This document shows, piece after piece, positions 45,408-57,445 of a stretch of DNA of 64,000 bases; positions within the stretch are counted from its first letter, which is position 1; each line of letters starts with the position of its first letter. The notes under the pieces were generated by a model. That model saw nothing but the letters and a program-made list of their open reading frames with translations. It searched no databases and was not told the origin of the DNA. Made by a program: the position numbers and the translations under genes. The stretch is from Tetramitus jugosus. Its lineage: Eukaryota > Protista > Heterolobosea. The stretch is taken from contig OW569393.1 of assembly GCA_937625935.1 (NCBI GenBank), forward strand, positions 264,997-328,996, written 5' to 3'.

Positions 45408-48400
45408 CTAGTTAAGCTCACGCAAGATCTCTTGAAGATCTTCATGGATGTCAATGAACTCTGGCCGATCCATTGGATGTCCTTGCCAGCACTCAATCAT
45501 GAGTTCGACGTATTTCTGAACAGCAGAAAAATTGTGATAACCAAACTTTTTGCACCATTTGTGAAGCTTCTGTTGATTGATCATACTTCGCAACAAGCGT
45601 CTCTTGGACATATCAGATACATTAACTAATTCTGTGTCACGATTGTCACTATTAAGGAATTCTAAGCTTGGTCTTTCGCCTTCGATGATTCTCAATTGTG
45701 GAATACCATCCCAGAACGTATAGGTGCAGTAAGGAACACTTTCTGTCAAGACTTGGTACATCAGTATTCCAAAAGAGTATATGTCACAACTGGTAGTATA
45801 ACCATTGTGACCAGCCAATATTTCAGGGGCACAGTATTGAGGTGTGCCAACCAATCCAGATGCACTCTCTCCACACTTTGACAATCCAAAATCTGCAATC
45901 TTAGGTCTCATGTATTGATCGAGGAGAATGTTCTGAGGTTTCAAGTCGCGATGAATGATTGGAGGCTTTTTGCTGTGCAGATAGATCATTCCTTCACTGA
46001 TATCTCTCAAAATTTCGAGCTTGGATGAGAAATCAACTTCAAACTTCAAATTTAGGATGGAGTCAAGGGATCCTCCCTCCATAAGCTCTGTTATCAAGTA
46101 TCTCTTATCTTCATGGATACAAACACCCAAGAATAACAATACATTCATATGTCTCAGTTGTATCAGAGTGTGTGCTTCTTCAATAAACTGAGAATCGGAA
46201 GCAACATCACGCATCAATTTAACGGCCACTCTGCTCTTGCCCCATCTCCCTTCGAATACTTTTCCTGAAGCACCACTTCCTAATAACTTGTCTAACTTAA
46301 GATCATGATATTCGATTAACCATTTCTTTGTTGAATGTTCCACTGAACCTTGATCTATCCAATGTTCTTCCATTCTCTTGTATTCTTTACTCATTTTGAC
46401 AAACTTGTAACGAGTAAATGCAATTGAACTAACCAAAATAAGTACAATGAGTGCTACGAGAGGAATTGTGATGCCAATGATACATCCAGAGGATCTCTTG
46501 GGTGACTTATGTAAAGTATGGATGGATGAAGATGAATTGTCAGCACTCCGAGCGAACAAAAATATCATATCGTTCTTCTTTGAAAAGACAACATTCGTCC
46601 AGACACTTGCTCTATCACCACAAAAGATAGCATCCTTTAGGATGGGATTCCCTTTTTTTATATCAATAGGGAAGATGAGATTCTTTCCTCCTCTATATTC
46701 GGCAGAAACAAAAATTGTTGAGTGTTGTGAGTCTCCAAAAGCACCGGTAATGAAAAAATTAACTCTCTTCTTGCTCTCTAGCATAAAATAATTACATGAG
46801 CTGAAAGAGAATGGTATCACGAGAACTTTGATATGAGTGTCCCATAGAGTCTTACGATAAAATGTCGGAGTGCCAGTTCGGTATGCAACAACATACAATT
46901 TGTTATTACGTGGAATAGCGGTTAGTTGACGGTGGATAGATAGGGTAGAATCAATAATACCCTTGATAAAGCCTGTAACGACATTGATTTGAACAAGAAA
47001 AGTCGTGTCAGAACTGTTTGAACTGGCAGAAAACACTACGCTTTCTGCATCTGAAAAACATAAAAACGATGTCAATGTCAGTCCTTCCGCAGCGCTCTTT
47101 TCGATGACTATTCGCCGAGACTCTACTGATGCATTCTTATCAACTGTTGTACTCCAAATAGCACTTCTAGAATCAAGTCTTTTTGATATCGCAAATACTT
47201 GTTTACGAGTATCGAAAATACAGTATAACAAGTCGAGAGATGAAGAATTCTGCCCTCTGATGTCAGTGAACAGAAAGTTCTTGGACCATACTGACTCGTG
47301 GTCCGGATTATAGGTATAAAGAACTACAGTAGCATTGTTCTCAATACGTTCCGAAGTTGAAGCATGAAACATCACATGAATCGATCGAGGATTCGCCTTG
47401 AAACTGAAAGGTGCATGAGCAGTCTCTGGGACTTGAGAACCATTGGTCGTAAGGATAGGTTGAATTGTTAGTTCTTTTCCAAAATCTAGTTTCTCAATCT
47501 CAAACTTGTGACTGTTGACCTTAATATCAAGAAACCACAATCGATTTGATCCAGACTGAATAACCAATGTTATCTTGCCATTATTATTTTCATCATAAAT
47601 GAGAGCTGAGTAAACAATATCTCTCATGAAATCCCAAAATGGATCCAATATGGAGTGGAGAACTGTCTCTCTTGTAGGAACACTTCTGTTCATTGCAAAA
47701 TTATTGTACTCCGGATCAGCACTTAACTCCACCATTACTCCAGTTGAATGAATCGCAAAGTAACTATCATTACCCATACTAACTATAGAATTGTAATTGT
47801 TACTCAGCAAGTGGACATTGACCTGAGATAACCTGTTGGCACATAGTGTAGAATTCTCATGCAACTCCATCGAATACAAGTCGTACACGATGATCAAACA
47901 ATACGAGTTAACAGGTGAAGAAGTCAAAAGAATGGCATCATTACTTGGTGTGATAGAGCCGATAGTTGAGTACATCTTGGTGCCGAACGAGGAACATATC
48001 TCTTTGAGAAAAGAAAATTTTCCATCACGTCGATTAAAACCATAATGAAGCAAACATCTGCTCACGATCACAAATGTAGAGCTCTGAGGATGCATGTGTA
48101 CTGCTGGGATTGTATTGCCCATGTAAATGTTATCGTCATATGAAATAACATGATTGAGAGAGCCACTCCGATCGCACGACATGATGTGTGTTCTATTGTA
48201 GATTACAAAGAAATTTGTTTCCTTGTCGAACCCATTGGGGGAAAACATGTCAAATACGTTAAGATCTAATCCTTGTTGGTAACTGGATATACCTTCAAGT
48301 GGGGCCCATGACTCACTGTACATCTTCATAGTTCTAACATTGATTCGATTGGTTGTGCATTCTCCTGGACTGGTACTGTGAGCGCATCTCACAATTTGTA

Positions 48401-48965
48401 TGTATTGGGAGAACGATCCAGAATGATTCAATTCCGCTATTGGAGCTTGAAAAGCTAATGTATCAGACAACATGAGTTCTACATTTTCCATTTCAGACAT
48501 TTTTTGTTCCGAGATTCTAATACGAGAAATACTTAGCTTTCCCTCTATATCATCCATATCTCTCAGAATAAACATGTAGTACTCATCAATGCCCGCCTGA
48601 ACCAAATCCACTCTCAAAATTAAGTCAGAAGAATGAAGGTACAAACGTTCTTCTGGAATGTCAATCGAATAACGAAGAAAGTCAAGAATCTCCTCAGCTG
48701 TACGCTTGCTAGTTGCAAAGCGTACAATTGAAGAACCCTCGGGATGGTTCAATACGACAATTAATTCTGGTTGAGCCAAATTTTTACTGTATGGATCTCG
48801 AAGTAACACATTTGGTTGAGTTGTACCAGCAACACGAAGAGAGGTAGAATGCTTGATCTCCAGTTTCTCATCAACGATGCCGCACCCACAGGAGACCATC
48901 TCCCATTTTTCAACCAAAAAGACAAACACCAACACAAAGAGCACCAGCACTACGTTTTGTTTCAT
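45408..48965 (-). CDS. Single-pass receptor kinase, TKL group
   Basis: Signal peptide; ~800-aa ectodomain; TM segment; GSGASG, VAVK, HRDLKPQN, DFG, GTPQYCAPE. Confidence 0.92.
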   Translation of the reverse strand: MKQNVVLVLFVLVFVFLVEKWEMVSCGCGIVDEKLEIKHSTSLRVAGTTQPNVLLRDPYSKNLAQPELIVVLNHPEGSSIVRFATSKRTAEEILDFLRYSIDIPEERLYLHSSDLILRVDLVQAGIDEYYMFILRDMDDIEGKLSISRIRISEQKMSEMENVELMLSDTLAFQAPIAELNHSGSFSQYIQIVRCAHSTSPGECTTNRINVRTMKMYSESWAPLEGISSYQQGLDLNVFDMFSPNGFDKETNFFVIYNRTHIMSCDRSGSLNHVISYDDNIYMGNTIPAVHMHPQSSTFVIVSRCLLHYGFNRRDGKFSFLKEICSSFGTKMYSTIGSITPSNDAILLTSSPVNSYCLIIVYDLYSMELHENSTLCANRLSQVNVHLLSNNYNSIVSMGNDSYFAIHSTGVMVELSADPEYNNFAMNRSVPTRETVLHSILDPFWDFMRDIVYSALIYDENNNGKITLVIQSGSNRLWFLDIKVNSHKFEIEKLDFGKELTIQPILTTNGSQVPETAHAPFSFKANPRSIHVMFHASTSERIENNATVVLYTYNPDHESVWSKNFLFTDIRGQNSSSLDLLYCIFDTRKQVFAISKRLDSRSAIWSTTVDKNASVESRRIVIEKSAAEGLTLTSFLCFSDAESVVFSASSNSSDTTFLVQINVVTGFIKGIIDSTLSIHRQLTAIPRNNKLYVVAYRTGTPTFYRKTLWDTHIKVLVIPFSFSSCNYFMLESKKRVNFFITGAFGDSQHSTIFVSAEYRGGKNLIFPIDIKKGNPILKDAIFCGDRASVWTNVVFSKKNDMIFLFARSADNSSSSIHTLHKSPKRSSGCIIGITIPLVALIVLILVSSIAFTRYKFVKMSKEYKRMEEHWIDQGSVEHSTKKWLIEYHDLKLDKLLGSGASGKVFEGRWGKSRVAVKLMRDVASDSQFIEEAHTLIQLRHMNVLLFLGVCIHEDKRYLITELMEGGSLDSILNLKFEVDFSSKLEILRDISEGMIYLHSKKPPIIHRDLKPQNILLDQYMRPKIADFGLSKCGESASGLVGTPQYCAPEILAGHNGYTTSCDIYSFGILMYQVLTESVPYCTYTFWDGIPQLRIIEGERPSLEFLNSDNRDTELVNVSDMSKRRLLRSMINQQKLHKWCKKFGYHNFSAVQKYVELMIECWQGHPMDRPEFIDIHEDLQEILRELN

Positions 48966-49427
48966 GAATAGGCTTTTCTCTGTTTTTTGTTTCTAACGAC
49001 GAGAAACAACGTGATGTCTGGTGTCATTTCATTTATGGTGATAACATTTTTGACGACTAATTTTTGTAGTCCTTGTAATTTTTTACCTTTTCGATGATTA
49101 ATCCCCTCCTGTCAATTGAAGCTTCCAATTTTTGATGCCCCTACTTGCCTTTTATATTGTTTCAACATAAAAGAAGAACAGATTTGTCTTTACCTATCGT
49201 CATCTGCGCTCGATCTGTGATGTTGTACCTTGGTTTACAAGAGACCGCTCAAAAAAACTGTTACGATCCAAGAAATGACCAATTTTCCGTTGCTACTCGA
49301 CAATAGCCGAAAATAAAATGTCCTTAGCGAAAGTATGGTTGTTTAGTATCTTGTTTGCTAAAGATATTCATTACCCATAAAACATAATTAACAATCACAT
49401 GAAGCTCTCGTGCGCACTTGCTTGACT

Positions 49428-52400
49428 CTACTCAATTTCGATATAACTTTGAATATTGTCTTCTTCCTCTGCTCTTAGACATGAAAATAAGTTGATGCTG
49501 TCACATAAATTCCAGATTTGCCCAGACAAAGGAACCGGAATCTCTGTCATTCTCTGGTTATTGGACAGAAGAGGTCGTTCCAAGTCATAATTCGTAAATT
49601 CACTGACAGATTTTTCAGCTTCTTCTTTGGCCTTCTCGACAATACTTTGCACCATAGACACTCCCAAAGATTGCGAGAATAGATCCTCCAGTGTGCTCCT
49701 CTTTTTTTTAAAGTGTCGCACTGCATGAAACATGTTGCTGAAGATGTTGACCGATTCAACTCGAGTATCCTTTTTCAGTCTATAAAGTACATTGATCACA
49801 ATGGTGGCCATTTCGGGAGTCAAATATTCAGGATTGGAACTCAGTTGGGAGATGAGCGTTTCAATTCGAGTCTGTCTCTTGATAAATCCATGAAACAGTT
49901 GAATTTGAAGATCCTTGTAAAGTGCATAAGCAACAAGATCTGAAACGGAGAAGACTTCCCTGTTGATCCCAGTGAAAGTCCAGTTCTCCGTCTTTGCAGC
50001 CCCTCCTCCAGAATGAATGAGCTTAAGTTTGGCGGGAATGCTCAGTGAGCAAATCACAGCATATAATGCGGCTCCAAACCTGGATATTAGTGGGAATTGG
50101 TTCATCTCGTGTGCATTGAAATTATCCATTGATAAATACACTTCATGAGAATCGTGTTTGGGAACGTTAAAAAACTTGTGCGTGCAATCAATAGGAATTT
50201 CCTTAATGGTGGCAGTTCCAAGTTGCCATCTTGGTATGAATAGGCTTTCCAACAACACAGGATTGTAATCGAAGTCAACCAGAGAGAAAATAGCTGCAGT
50301 ATCTTGCTTCGACTTCTGGGTAATATATGAATCTATTATTTTCGCAAATGACGCAGGAGACGGTGAGCTCAACAATAAGTCCCTGGACAAGTAGTGGGGG
50401 TCAATTTGCTTCTCTGGTATAGATGCATACAACTGTGGGAGAAATAGGGACGCTTCGGCTCCAATTACGACAAGACCGCTGTCAAGTAAAGACGGTGATT
50501 CAAAGTTCTCTCCAATGAAAAAACTCATGAAATCATTCGGTGTCAGCAGTTGCACCAATTCATCAGGACGGGAAAGAGGCATTACAATGAGTTTACCATT
50601 AAATGCATTCTTCCAAGACACTGGATGAACATAACCTGTGGACTGATCAATGCTGAAGCCATTGTATTGCTCACAGTCCCAAAAATTGGTTCTAAGTCCC
50701 AATCCCTCGAATATTCTCATGTAAAGTCTGGCTTCTTGTTTGGCGATGTGTTTGTTTGAAACAAATAACACATCAAACAAATGTTGATTCGAAGAATCAA
50801 CTGGAACATAGCTTGGCGTAATTCTGGTACTCTTTTCAGCAATTTCAATACGCTTGTTTCTGAAGAGGAGTTCAACACTCCATGGCAATACCTCAAATAA
50901 TTCAACATTTTGATCCACGGTCACTTCCATGTTGTAAATAAATGATTCACCAGGTGCGAGCATGTTAAGCTTTCCTTTGATTGGACCAACTTTTTTTGAT
51001 CCAGTGACAATTAGTCTTCTGTCTGTATTGATTTTCCATGATATATCTCCATTTCCAGACTTGTTACCATAAGGAAGACTAGAGATGTTTTTGATCTGAA
51101 CTTGAAATATCGATCGCTGTCCATGGATCATCTGTTCATTTCCATTCATGACTGAAATTTGAATGGGATATTGAACATTTAGAGTTGTTTCAATCATGCT
51201 GTCCACAAAGTTGCAACCCACAAGTTGACCTGTTGAAATGACTTTGGCTGTTTCATGAAGTTGGCGAGCGTGTGTGACTTCTGGAACATCCAGAAGAGAG
51301 CCAAAGAAACTTGCTGGAACAACAATCGTTTCACTTGGTCTGATGGCTGGCAGATAATAACCAATATTTTCTGAAATAAAGGTTTCAGTCGAGTTGAATT
51401 GGAGCAATGCTCCAGCTGGAAGAGTCATTCCGCCATTGTTTATCACCTCCACTGCATTGATCACAATTCTTTCTCCAGGTTCAAACACGTTGTCGTCTAT
51501 CACTCCTTTGACCATGTATGAAGAAACAGAGCAGTTGAACTTTGAACAAGATTGTTCCAGAGGTTGCATTGTGACTGGATCAAGGATCACATACCAAATA
51601 GATCCATCCTCACCTGGAACACCACTGCGACCACATTCTCCATGATATCCATTACTTCCTGTTTTACCAGAGTTTCCACTTCTTCCACTGCTACCGGATC
51701 TTCCACTCGAACCACTCGGGATTTCAGATTTGTATGGTCCAGCACTGCCTCCACTGCCTCCACTTCCACTGCTTCCACCAGAGCCAGAAAATCCTGAACA
51801 CCCTCCTCCGCCACTATTACCACTCGCACCTGCTCTCCCTCCGCGAATGTCACACTCTGTAAACATCAACAATTCGGGTTGTGTCGTCTCAACAATGATA
51901 TTTCCTCCTTGACCACCATTACCTCCATCACCACCATTACCACCGTCACCTCCATTACCTCCATTTCCACCGTCACCTCCATCTCCACCATTTCCACCGT
52001 CTCCACCATCCTCTCCAGGTCTTCTTCCATTCGGTCCTCTCTTACCCCATCCACCACTACCACCACTACCTCCTCTTCCACCATCTCCACCATCTCCTCC
52101 ATCTCCTCCATTTCCTCCTTTACCTCCCTTTGCATTCAACAAAATGCAACTATCTGGCCTCATGCCACTCGTTTCCAGTGTTCCATTGTAACTCCCAGTG
52201 AAGGACAATTGTTGAGGAGAGTTCATGGACAAATTCAAATACATGTTTCTGATGGCATTGCCACCTTCTCTACCATTCTTGCCCTCTGATCCTCTTCCAC
52301 CATGTTGGCCATCCTTGCCGTCCTTGCCATTTTTTCCATCTTCTCCAGGACGAGAGCCATTTGGACCATTTGCTCCATCAGCTCCATTATCACCTCTTCT

Positions 52401-52583
52401 GCCTTGCCTTCCTTGCTTTCCATCTTCACCATCTCTTCCACTGCCATCAATCACAAAGAATGGTACTTTCTTCTCTGCCTTGCCAATCATTTGATGAGCA
52501 ACTTCTGTGCCAATGTCTTGAGGAAGATAATGCCGAGGTGCTTCGACATCTCCTGTTACAATAAACCTATCTTGATGGTGCAT
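49428..52583 (-). CDS. Gly-X-Y / Gly-rich repeat protein with C-terminal beta-sandwich and globular domains
   Basis: GxxGxxG runs; NVFEPGE..I..V.V.N.GGM.LP motif; likely ATG at 52583 after a CA-rich leader. Confidence 0.8.
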   Translation of the reverse strand: MHHQDRFIVTGDVEAPRHYLPQDIGTEVAHQMIGKAEKKVPFFVIDGSGRDGEDGKQGRQGRRGDNGADGANGPNGSRPGEDGKNGKDGKDGQHGGRGSEGKNGREGGNAIRNMYLNLSMNSPQQLSFTGSYNGTLETSGMRPDSCILLNAKGGKGGNGGDGGDGGDGGRGGSGGSGGWGKRGPNGRRPGEDGGDGGNGGDGGDGGNGGNGGDGGNGGDGGNGGQGGNIIVETTQPELLMFTECDIRGGRAGASGNSGGGGCSGFSGSGGSSGSGGSGGSAGPYKSEIPSGSSGRSGSSGRSGNSGKTGSNGYHGECGRSGVPGEDGSIWYVILDPVTMQPLEQSCSKFNCSVSSYMVKGVIDDNVFEPGERIVINAVEVINNGGMTLPAGALLQFNSTETFISENIGYYLPAIRPSETIVVPASFFGSLLDVPEVTHARQLHETAKVISTGQLVGCNFVDSMIETTLNVQYPIQISVMNGNEQMIHGQRSIFQVQIKNISSLPYGNKSGNGDISWKINTDRRLIVTGSKKVGPIKGKLNMLAPGESFIYNMEVTVDQNVELFEVLPWSVELLFRNKRIEIAEKSTRITPSYVPVDSSNQHLFDVLFVSNKHIAKQEARLYMRIFEGLGLRTNFWDCEQYNGFSIDQSTGYVHPVSWKNAFNGKLIVMPLSRPDELVQLLTPNDFMSFFIGENFESPSLLDSGLVVIGAEASLFLPQLYASIPEKQIDPHYLSRDLLLSSPSPASFAKIIDSYITQKSKQDTAAIFSLVDFDYNPVLLESLFIPRWQLGTATIKEIPIDCTHKFFNVPKHDSHEVYLSMDNFNAHEMNQFPLISRFGAALYAVICSLSIPAKLKLIHSGGGAAKTENWTFTGINREVFSVSDLVAYALYKDLQIQLFHGFIKRQTRIETLISQLSSNPEYLTPEMATIVINVLYRLKKDTRVESVNIFSNMFHAVRHFKKKRSTLEDLFSQSLGVSMVQSIVEKAKEEAEKSVSEFTNYDLERPLLSNNQRMTEIPVPLSGQIWNLCDSINLFSCLRAEEEDNIQSYIEIE

Positions 52584-52753
52584 GGTGTAGTGTGGTTGTG
52601 TTGTTTGTTGGTTTCTTGTTTCTTGTGCCAATTCGATGCCGTAGGTGGGTCATCAACATCTTCTTGAAGAGAACTCGTGTCAAATTCCGTCAACCTCTTT
52701 TGAACAATCCTGTAATGTGATGCTGCCAATTCTTTGTTGGAGATTTGCGATAG

Positions 52754-52767
52754 TTTTGGCGCCAAAA
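52754..52767. promoter_or_regulatory. Perfect palindrome TTTTGGCGCCAAAA (E2F-site-like) in a divergent intergenic region
   Basis: 14-bp palindrome ~170 bp upstream of the 52583 ATG; a related GGCGCCAAA lies at ~23975. Confidence 0.35.
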
Positions 52768-53406
52768 AAAGCGGTTTCATGAGTTTGCCCGAAGGCCTGT
52801 TTGCTGTTCAATGATTTATTGGACAGAGAATTGTCCTCCACAGGCAGTTCCTGTCTGGATCAGTTTCTGCCGCTCAATTTCATGCCTACGACTTTCATGA
52901 GTCATTTTCTGTGTTTTTCCTTAAGATTTGGGATCAACCCAGAACGCACCAATTTTATGGTTTTCTCTCAAACTAGTCGCCGAACACTGTGGCTGATTGC
53001 GACAGTTTCACTGTAAAAATGTGCAGATTTTTGTGGCTCTTCGCCACAACAGGTTTGGACTCTTCGCCCCAACGGGTATTGCCCGAGTTGGGAACGCGAT
53101 TTTACTTTTTGAATTGATCCAAAAAGAAAATCCTGCCGAAAAAATTCGAAGGGACATAAACGTTTGATTTGGAATGATGATTTTAGATAATGAATGTGAT
53201 GTGGATGGTGTAGGGCATGGGATAGAACTCGTTGGTAATCATCGCCTGTCGCCAATATTGGTCTGCAAAACCTCTTTTTGAAGCTATCCTTTGACAGCTG
53301 TCATCCGCTTCTCGTTTGATATAAAATCGCTCGGCTAAAGGGATAGTTTTCAAAGTACAATAACAACAAACTAACATAATCCAATCTCAATACGTACATA
53401 CGAATC

Positions 53407-55614
53407 ATGTCCTCTAACATGAAGAAACATATTATTACTGTGGTGATGACCATTATGGCTTCACTCTTGCTCTTCTCTGTGACATCCACCAATGCACAGT
53501 GCATTGGTGTCACTGGTTACACTTCTGCCGACTGCCCTCAAGGAACTCTTCCAAACTCCACAACCATTATTGGATACTTTTCTGGTGATGCCTTCTATGA
53601 AGCTGGAACGAGTACTACCACTATTCCAGGTGCCAGTATCTCTGCAGGTGGTAAGATTGGCAATTACTTCCACTCACAAGGAGCTCTGGTCTTGGACTTT
53701 GGACCATCTTTCGTCGATGATGATGGAATCAATACTATCTCCTTCTTTGCAAAGGTCGAAGCTGCACATGACTGGACAACCAATCCAACAGTGTCCGTGG
53801 CTTCTTTCAAGGCAGATGCTGGAACTCGTAGCATCACTGTTCAATTGGTCTCTGCAACTCCCAATATCAACTTGGTTGTAAGTTACATTTCTGCAGTCAA
53901 TGAAACAACCACTTTTACTACCACGTATGCTCTCTCGACAGACACAGTGTTCCATGAGAATTGGAACAATATTGTGATTGTGAGAGCCTCTAGTCCTCTG
54001 GTACCAGTCGAAGGAGTTTCCATTTTCATCAATGGAAAGCCAACTACTGATGGGATGCTCATTGTTGATGGTGATGCACTACAGAGAACATTTGCCATTG
54101 ATGCAACTGGTCACTTGTTTGGAGGTGATTTTGCCTTCATTGATGAAGTTTCCGTTTGGAGCAACTCTGTGCTCGAAGTCGATGTTCCAACTATTGCAGG
54201 TGTCTATGCGAATGGTTATTGCCCAGGTTGGGAATCAAAGTATGGTGGTTCAGATCCAATTTTCGCTGCTTCATATGCCAATGATGTTCTTACCATTGAT
54301 GTCACTGTTCCAAAGAACTCATATCAAACAGTGTTGTACAGAATTGACAATACACCTAATCTGAGAGATGTGTGTTTGACAAATGCAGACAGTTTTACAA
54401 CCAGTGCTGGTGCCAGCTGGACTGCTGATCCAGAAGAAAAGTGTAGTCAAACATTCTCTTTGAATCAAACTCTGACTCAAATTTACACTGGTGCTGCACC
54501 AAATCAATGGGTTGTCTCTCTGACACAAGGAGGTAGAACCATTGATCAGAGATTGGACATTTATGTCACTTATTCTGTCATCAACCCTGATGCATGTTAC
54601 ACTGTGTCTTCAAAGGTTACCATTACTCTTCAGACATATCTGACTGCTCAAGCCTCCGCAAACTTTACCACTTTGGATGATCAAGCATCATTTGCGATTA
54701 CCAACATGTTCATCAACACAAATGATGAATTGGAAATTGCTGGTGCTCTGGTCAGGAAGCTTCCCGGTATCTCCTTCAACAACATTCTCCTCACTAGGAT
54801 GGCCAATAGCATTTCGTATACAGGTTCAAGCACTGAGTGTACCTATCCAACTGGAAACTCTTGTGCTCTGACATTCACCAAGGACTGGACACTGTTGAAC
54901 AGTGGCAATAGAGGTGTTGGTGGAGATCACTCTTTGACCTTTAACAGAGTGAATGGTGGTCCACTCGAGATTGATTTCACAATGAGTTACACTGTTCCAG
55001 CCCAACCTGCTATTATCTCAGGAGACACACTCTCCTCTGTCATCACATTCTCTGCTCCTGATTCTATTTTCAGAACACAGGACACAATGCATGTGACAAA
55101 CCAATTGGATGGAACACCAACGCTGCCAACAAACTACGATTTCACCTTTGTTGAAGGATACTTTTGCTGTGTTCGTTCTCCAAATGCATTGCCAGTTTAT
55201 GGAGTGAATGGAAATGGTTGTCAAAGTGCAATTCTTGGTAGAAACAACATTGTTGAGAAGACGCATTTGGTCCTTGGCTCCACTGGTCTAACTGTTACAC
55301 AAAAGGTGATGCAAAGATCATATGCTCTGGATCTGGTTTTGAACAACATGATCACAGTGAGCAGAAAGCCATTGCAAAATCCATTGACATGTGGATTACT
55401 TCTCTTCTCCAATTTCACTGATACCACACTTGCTAGATCTGTCAAAATGGTTGCCGATATTGATTTGCGTACAGCCAAGGTGACTACCACAAGTGTTCTA
55501 CGGCTTCAAGACGATGAAACTACCAAATCCAACAACAGTAGCAAGGACAAGATCAATGCTTTATTGATTGTTGTTTTGTCCGTTGTCTGTTCTGTTGCTT
55601 CAATGTGGCTCTGA
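53407..55614 (+). CDS. Secreted/surface protein, probably GPI-anchored, with a LamG/ConA-like N-terminal domain
   Basis: Signal peptide; WNNIVIV...IFING...IDEVSVW LamG-like pattern; hydrophobic C-terminus. Confidence 0.8.
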   Translation: MSSNMKKHIITVVMTIMASLLLFSVTSTNAQCIGVTGYTSADCPQGTLPNSTTIIGYFSGDAFYEAGTSTTTIPGASISAGGKIGNYFHSQGALVLDFGPSFVDDDGINTISFFAKVEAAHDWTTNPTVSVASFKADAGTRSITVQLVSATPNINLVVSYISAVNETTTFTTTYALSTDTVFHENWNNIVIVRASSPLVPVEGVSIFINGKPTTDGMLIVDGDALQRTFAIDATGHLFGGDFAFIDEVSVWSNSVLEVDVPTIAGVYANGYCPGWESKYGGSDPIFAASYANDVLTIDVTVPKNSYQTVLYRIDNTPNLRDVCLTNADSFTTSAGASWTADPEEKCSQTFSLNQTLTQIYTGAAPNQWVVSLTQGGRTIDQRLDIYVTYSVINPDACYTVSSKVTITLQTYLTAQASANFTTLDDQASFAITNMFINTNDELEIAGALVRKLPGISFNNILLTRMANSISYTGSSTECTYPTGNSCALTFTKDWTLLNSGNRGVGGDHSLTFNRVNGGPLEIDFTMSYTVPAQPAIISGDTLSSVITFSAPDSIFRTQDTMHVTNQLDGTPTLPTNYDFTFVEGYFCCVRSPNALPVYGVNGNGCQSAILGRNNIVEKTHLVLGSTGLTVTQKVMQRSYALDLVLNNMITVSRKPLQNPLTCGLLLFSNFTDTTLARSVKMVADIDLRTAKVTTTSVLRLQDDETTKSNNSSKDKINALLIVVLSVVCSVASMWL

Positions 55615-56713
55615 ACTTCACCAGAAAAATCAACAGTGAGCCATCCAGCTGTAGCGACTGTTGAGATATGAACAATGTTGTACAAAGGGTAGGATATCCT
55701 ATAAACTAATAATAATTATTCAATTTAAAAGTTTAATTGTTTTTTGTATTGTTGTCAATCATGTCGGGAATGAATTGATGCATGATGGACACTTTTTCTA
55801 CAAGTAAGATATCTCAGAAAGGTGTACACGGTAATATTTTCTTGTTTCGCCGTTGCTTCTGCCTCGAATGATTCTCAATGCAATGGCAATGTAGACGACG
55901 GCGGAACAACATCAATTCTCAAAGTTTCTATTATTCACTCGATTGCTGATTGACTTTGTACAGCATCCATTCGCAATGATAGTTACAAGAATGATTAGAA
56001 AGGCAAGGCTCCAACATTGGAAGAATCATCGGTAACTGTAATGTAGCTTCCTTCTGAATATGAGAATATCCATGCGTCTCCAGTACTCTCATGTCCATGA
56101 GGTGGATGACTTTTGTCAATTTGGACGCTACTGCTTTGTTGTATTCATTATCCAGCTGAGGATCGAGACAGAATATCTCCCTAATATTGCAAGATCAACA
56201 CTTTCTCTCCACTTCAATGGCGTGAAGTGTTCGCACTACTTTACTGTGAAAACCATTCAGTCACGCTCAGTATAATCTTCATACCTAAAGTAAGAGCACA
56301 TGTCTCCATTTTTATTCATGAAGGCATAGTAATTAGGTAGAGTGGATCCACTTGATTTACCATTCTTGGTTTGAAGAACACCAGCTTGTTGTGACTAGGT
56401 CAAGAATTGAATCATGTCACTTGCGGATCACCAGGTCCGAACTAATTTTCTTGACCCATGTTGTAGGATTCCTTCAACAAGCAAGATGGTTGGAGGTCTC
56501 GATTGTATTTCTTGCTGGTAATCTACCACTGACGGTAAGAGAGTGTCTTGTGGCAATTACTGCTACTTCTGTACAACTATGGGAGGTCATGTTCAGGTGT
56601 TAACCAGTTCCGATTGCTCCACATTGGCATGCTGATTGTGGTGTCATGCACCCCACAATAAATTTCTCGACACCAGGCCGTTGCTGTCCAACCAAAGACA
56701 AAACACGGGGAAC

Positions 56714-57196
56714 ATGACCTCTCAAGCTGACATATTCAAAGCACCAACACTTGCATCAGTTCTCCATCTCTACGAAGGTCAAAATGATGTCGAATACGAA
56801 CGATATGGTTCAAAAGAAGCCAAAGTCCGGATGGCTCTTAAGGATTTGTTCGCTATCATGGACACCGACTATCGTTGCACACGATCTCAGGTCCAACCTA
56901 AACATTATTTCCGTTATGAAAGAGCCCAAAGTACGTTTAGAACTATGAACAATCTAAACATCAATCAAGCGGCTGACCATATAATGTCAACGGCTGTGCT
57001 TCGTGCTGTGATTTTGAATTACAGTGATCATGTTGAAACTGCAGGTGGATCAATCACCTTGACGTATGATTTTTGGCACTCTGTTAGGACCACAATCAAT
57101 CAATGCTACAATTTTCAGAAACTTGACAAGCAGGAAAAAATCAAGTATGCAAGGATAAATTTCATGAACAAGAACTTCAATAAAAAACTGTATTGA
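56714..57196 (+). CDS. Small protein with a possible degenerate HNH-like motif
   Basis: ATG after a CA-rich leader; ADHIMS...N..YNFQKL spacing. Confidence 0.4.
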   Translation: MTSQADIFKAPTLASVLHLYEGQNDVEYERYGSKEAKVRMALKDLFAIMDTDYRCTRSQVQPKHYFRYERAQSTFRTMNNLNINQAADHIMSTAVLRAVILNYSDHVETAGGSITLTYDFWHSVRTTINQCYNFQKLDKQEKIKYARINFMNKNFNKKLY

Positions 57197-57445
57197 TTTA
57201 TTCCATCTCAAAATATTTGAAATTCCTAGGGTAGTATAATAAACACCATCCATGACAGGATACAAAACGAGAAGAAGGCATTTTGAGGCAAGCGAGACAT
57301 GAAAACGTCATTCATCCAAGACGGCAAGATTTTTGTAAACTTTACAAGGTCATTCTTTGTAACATGATCGTGTCACACATCACGCAAAGTCGATTAGAAA
57401 AAAAATTGAAAAAAAAACAAACAACACAGAGATTCGTTTCAAACC

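Noticed and set aside
51394-52667. Many overlapping short ORFs
   Set aside because: By-products of the Gly-rich repeats in the 1067-aa ORF.
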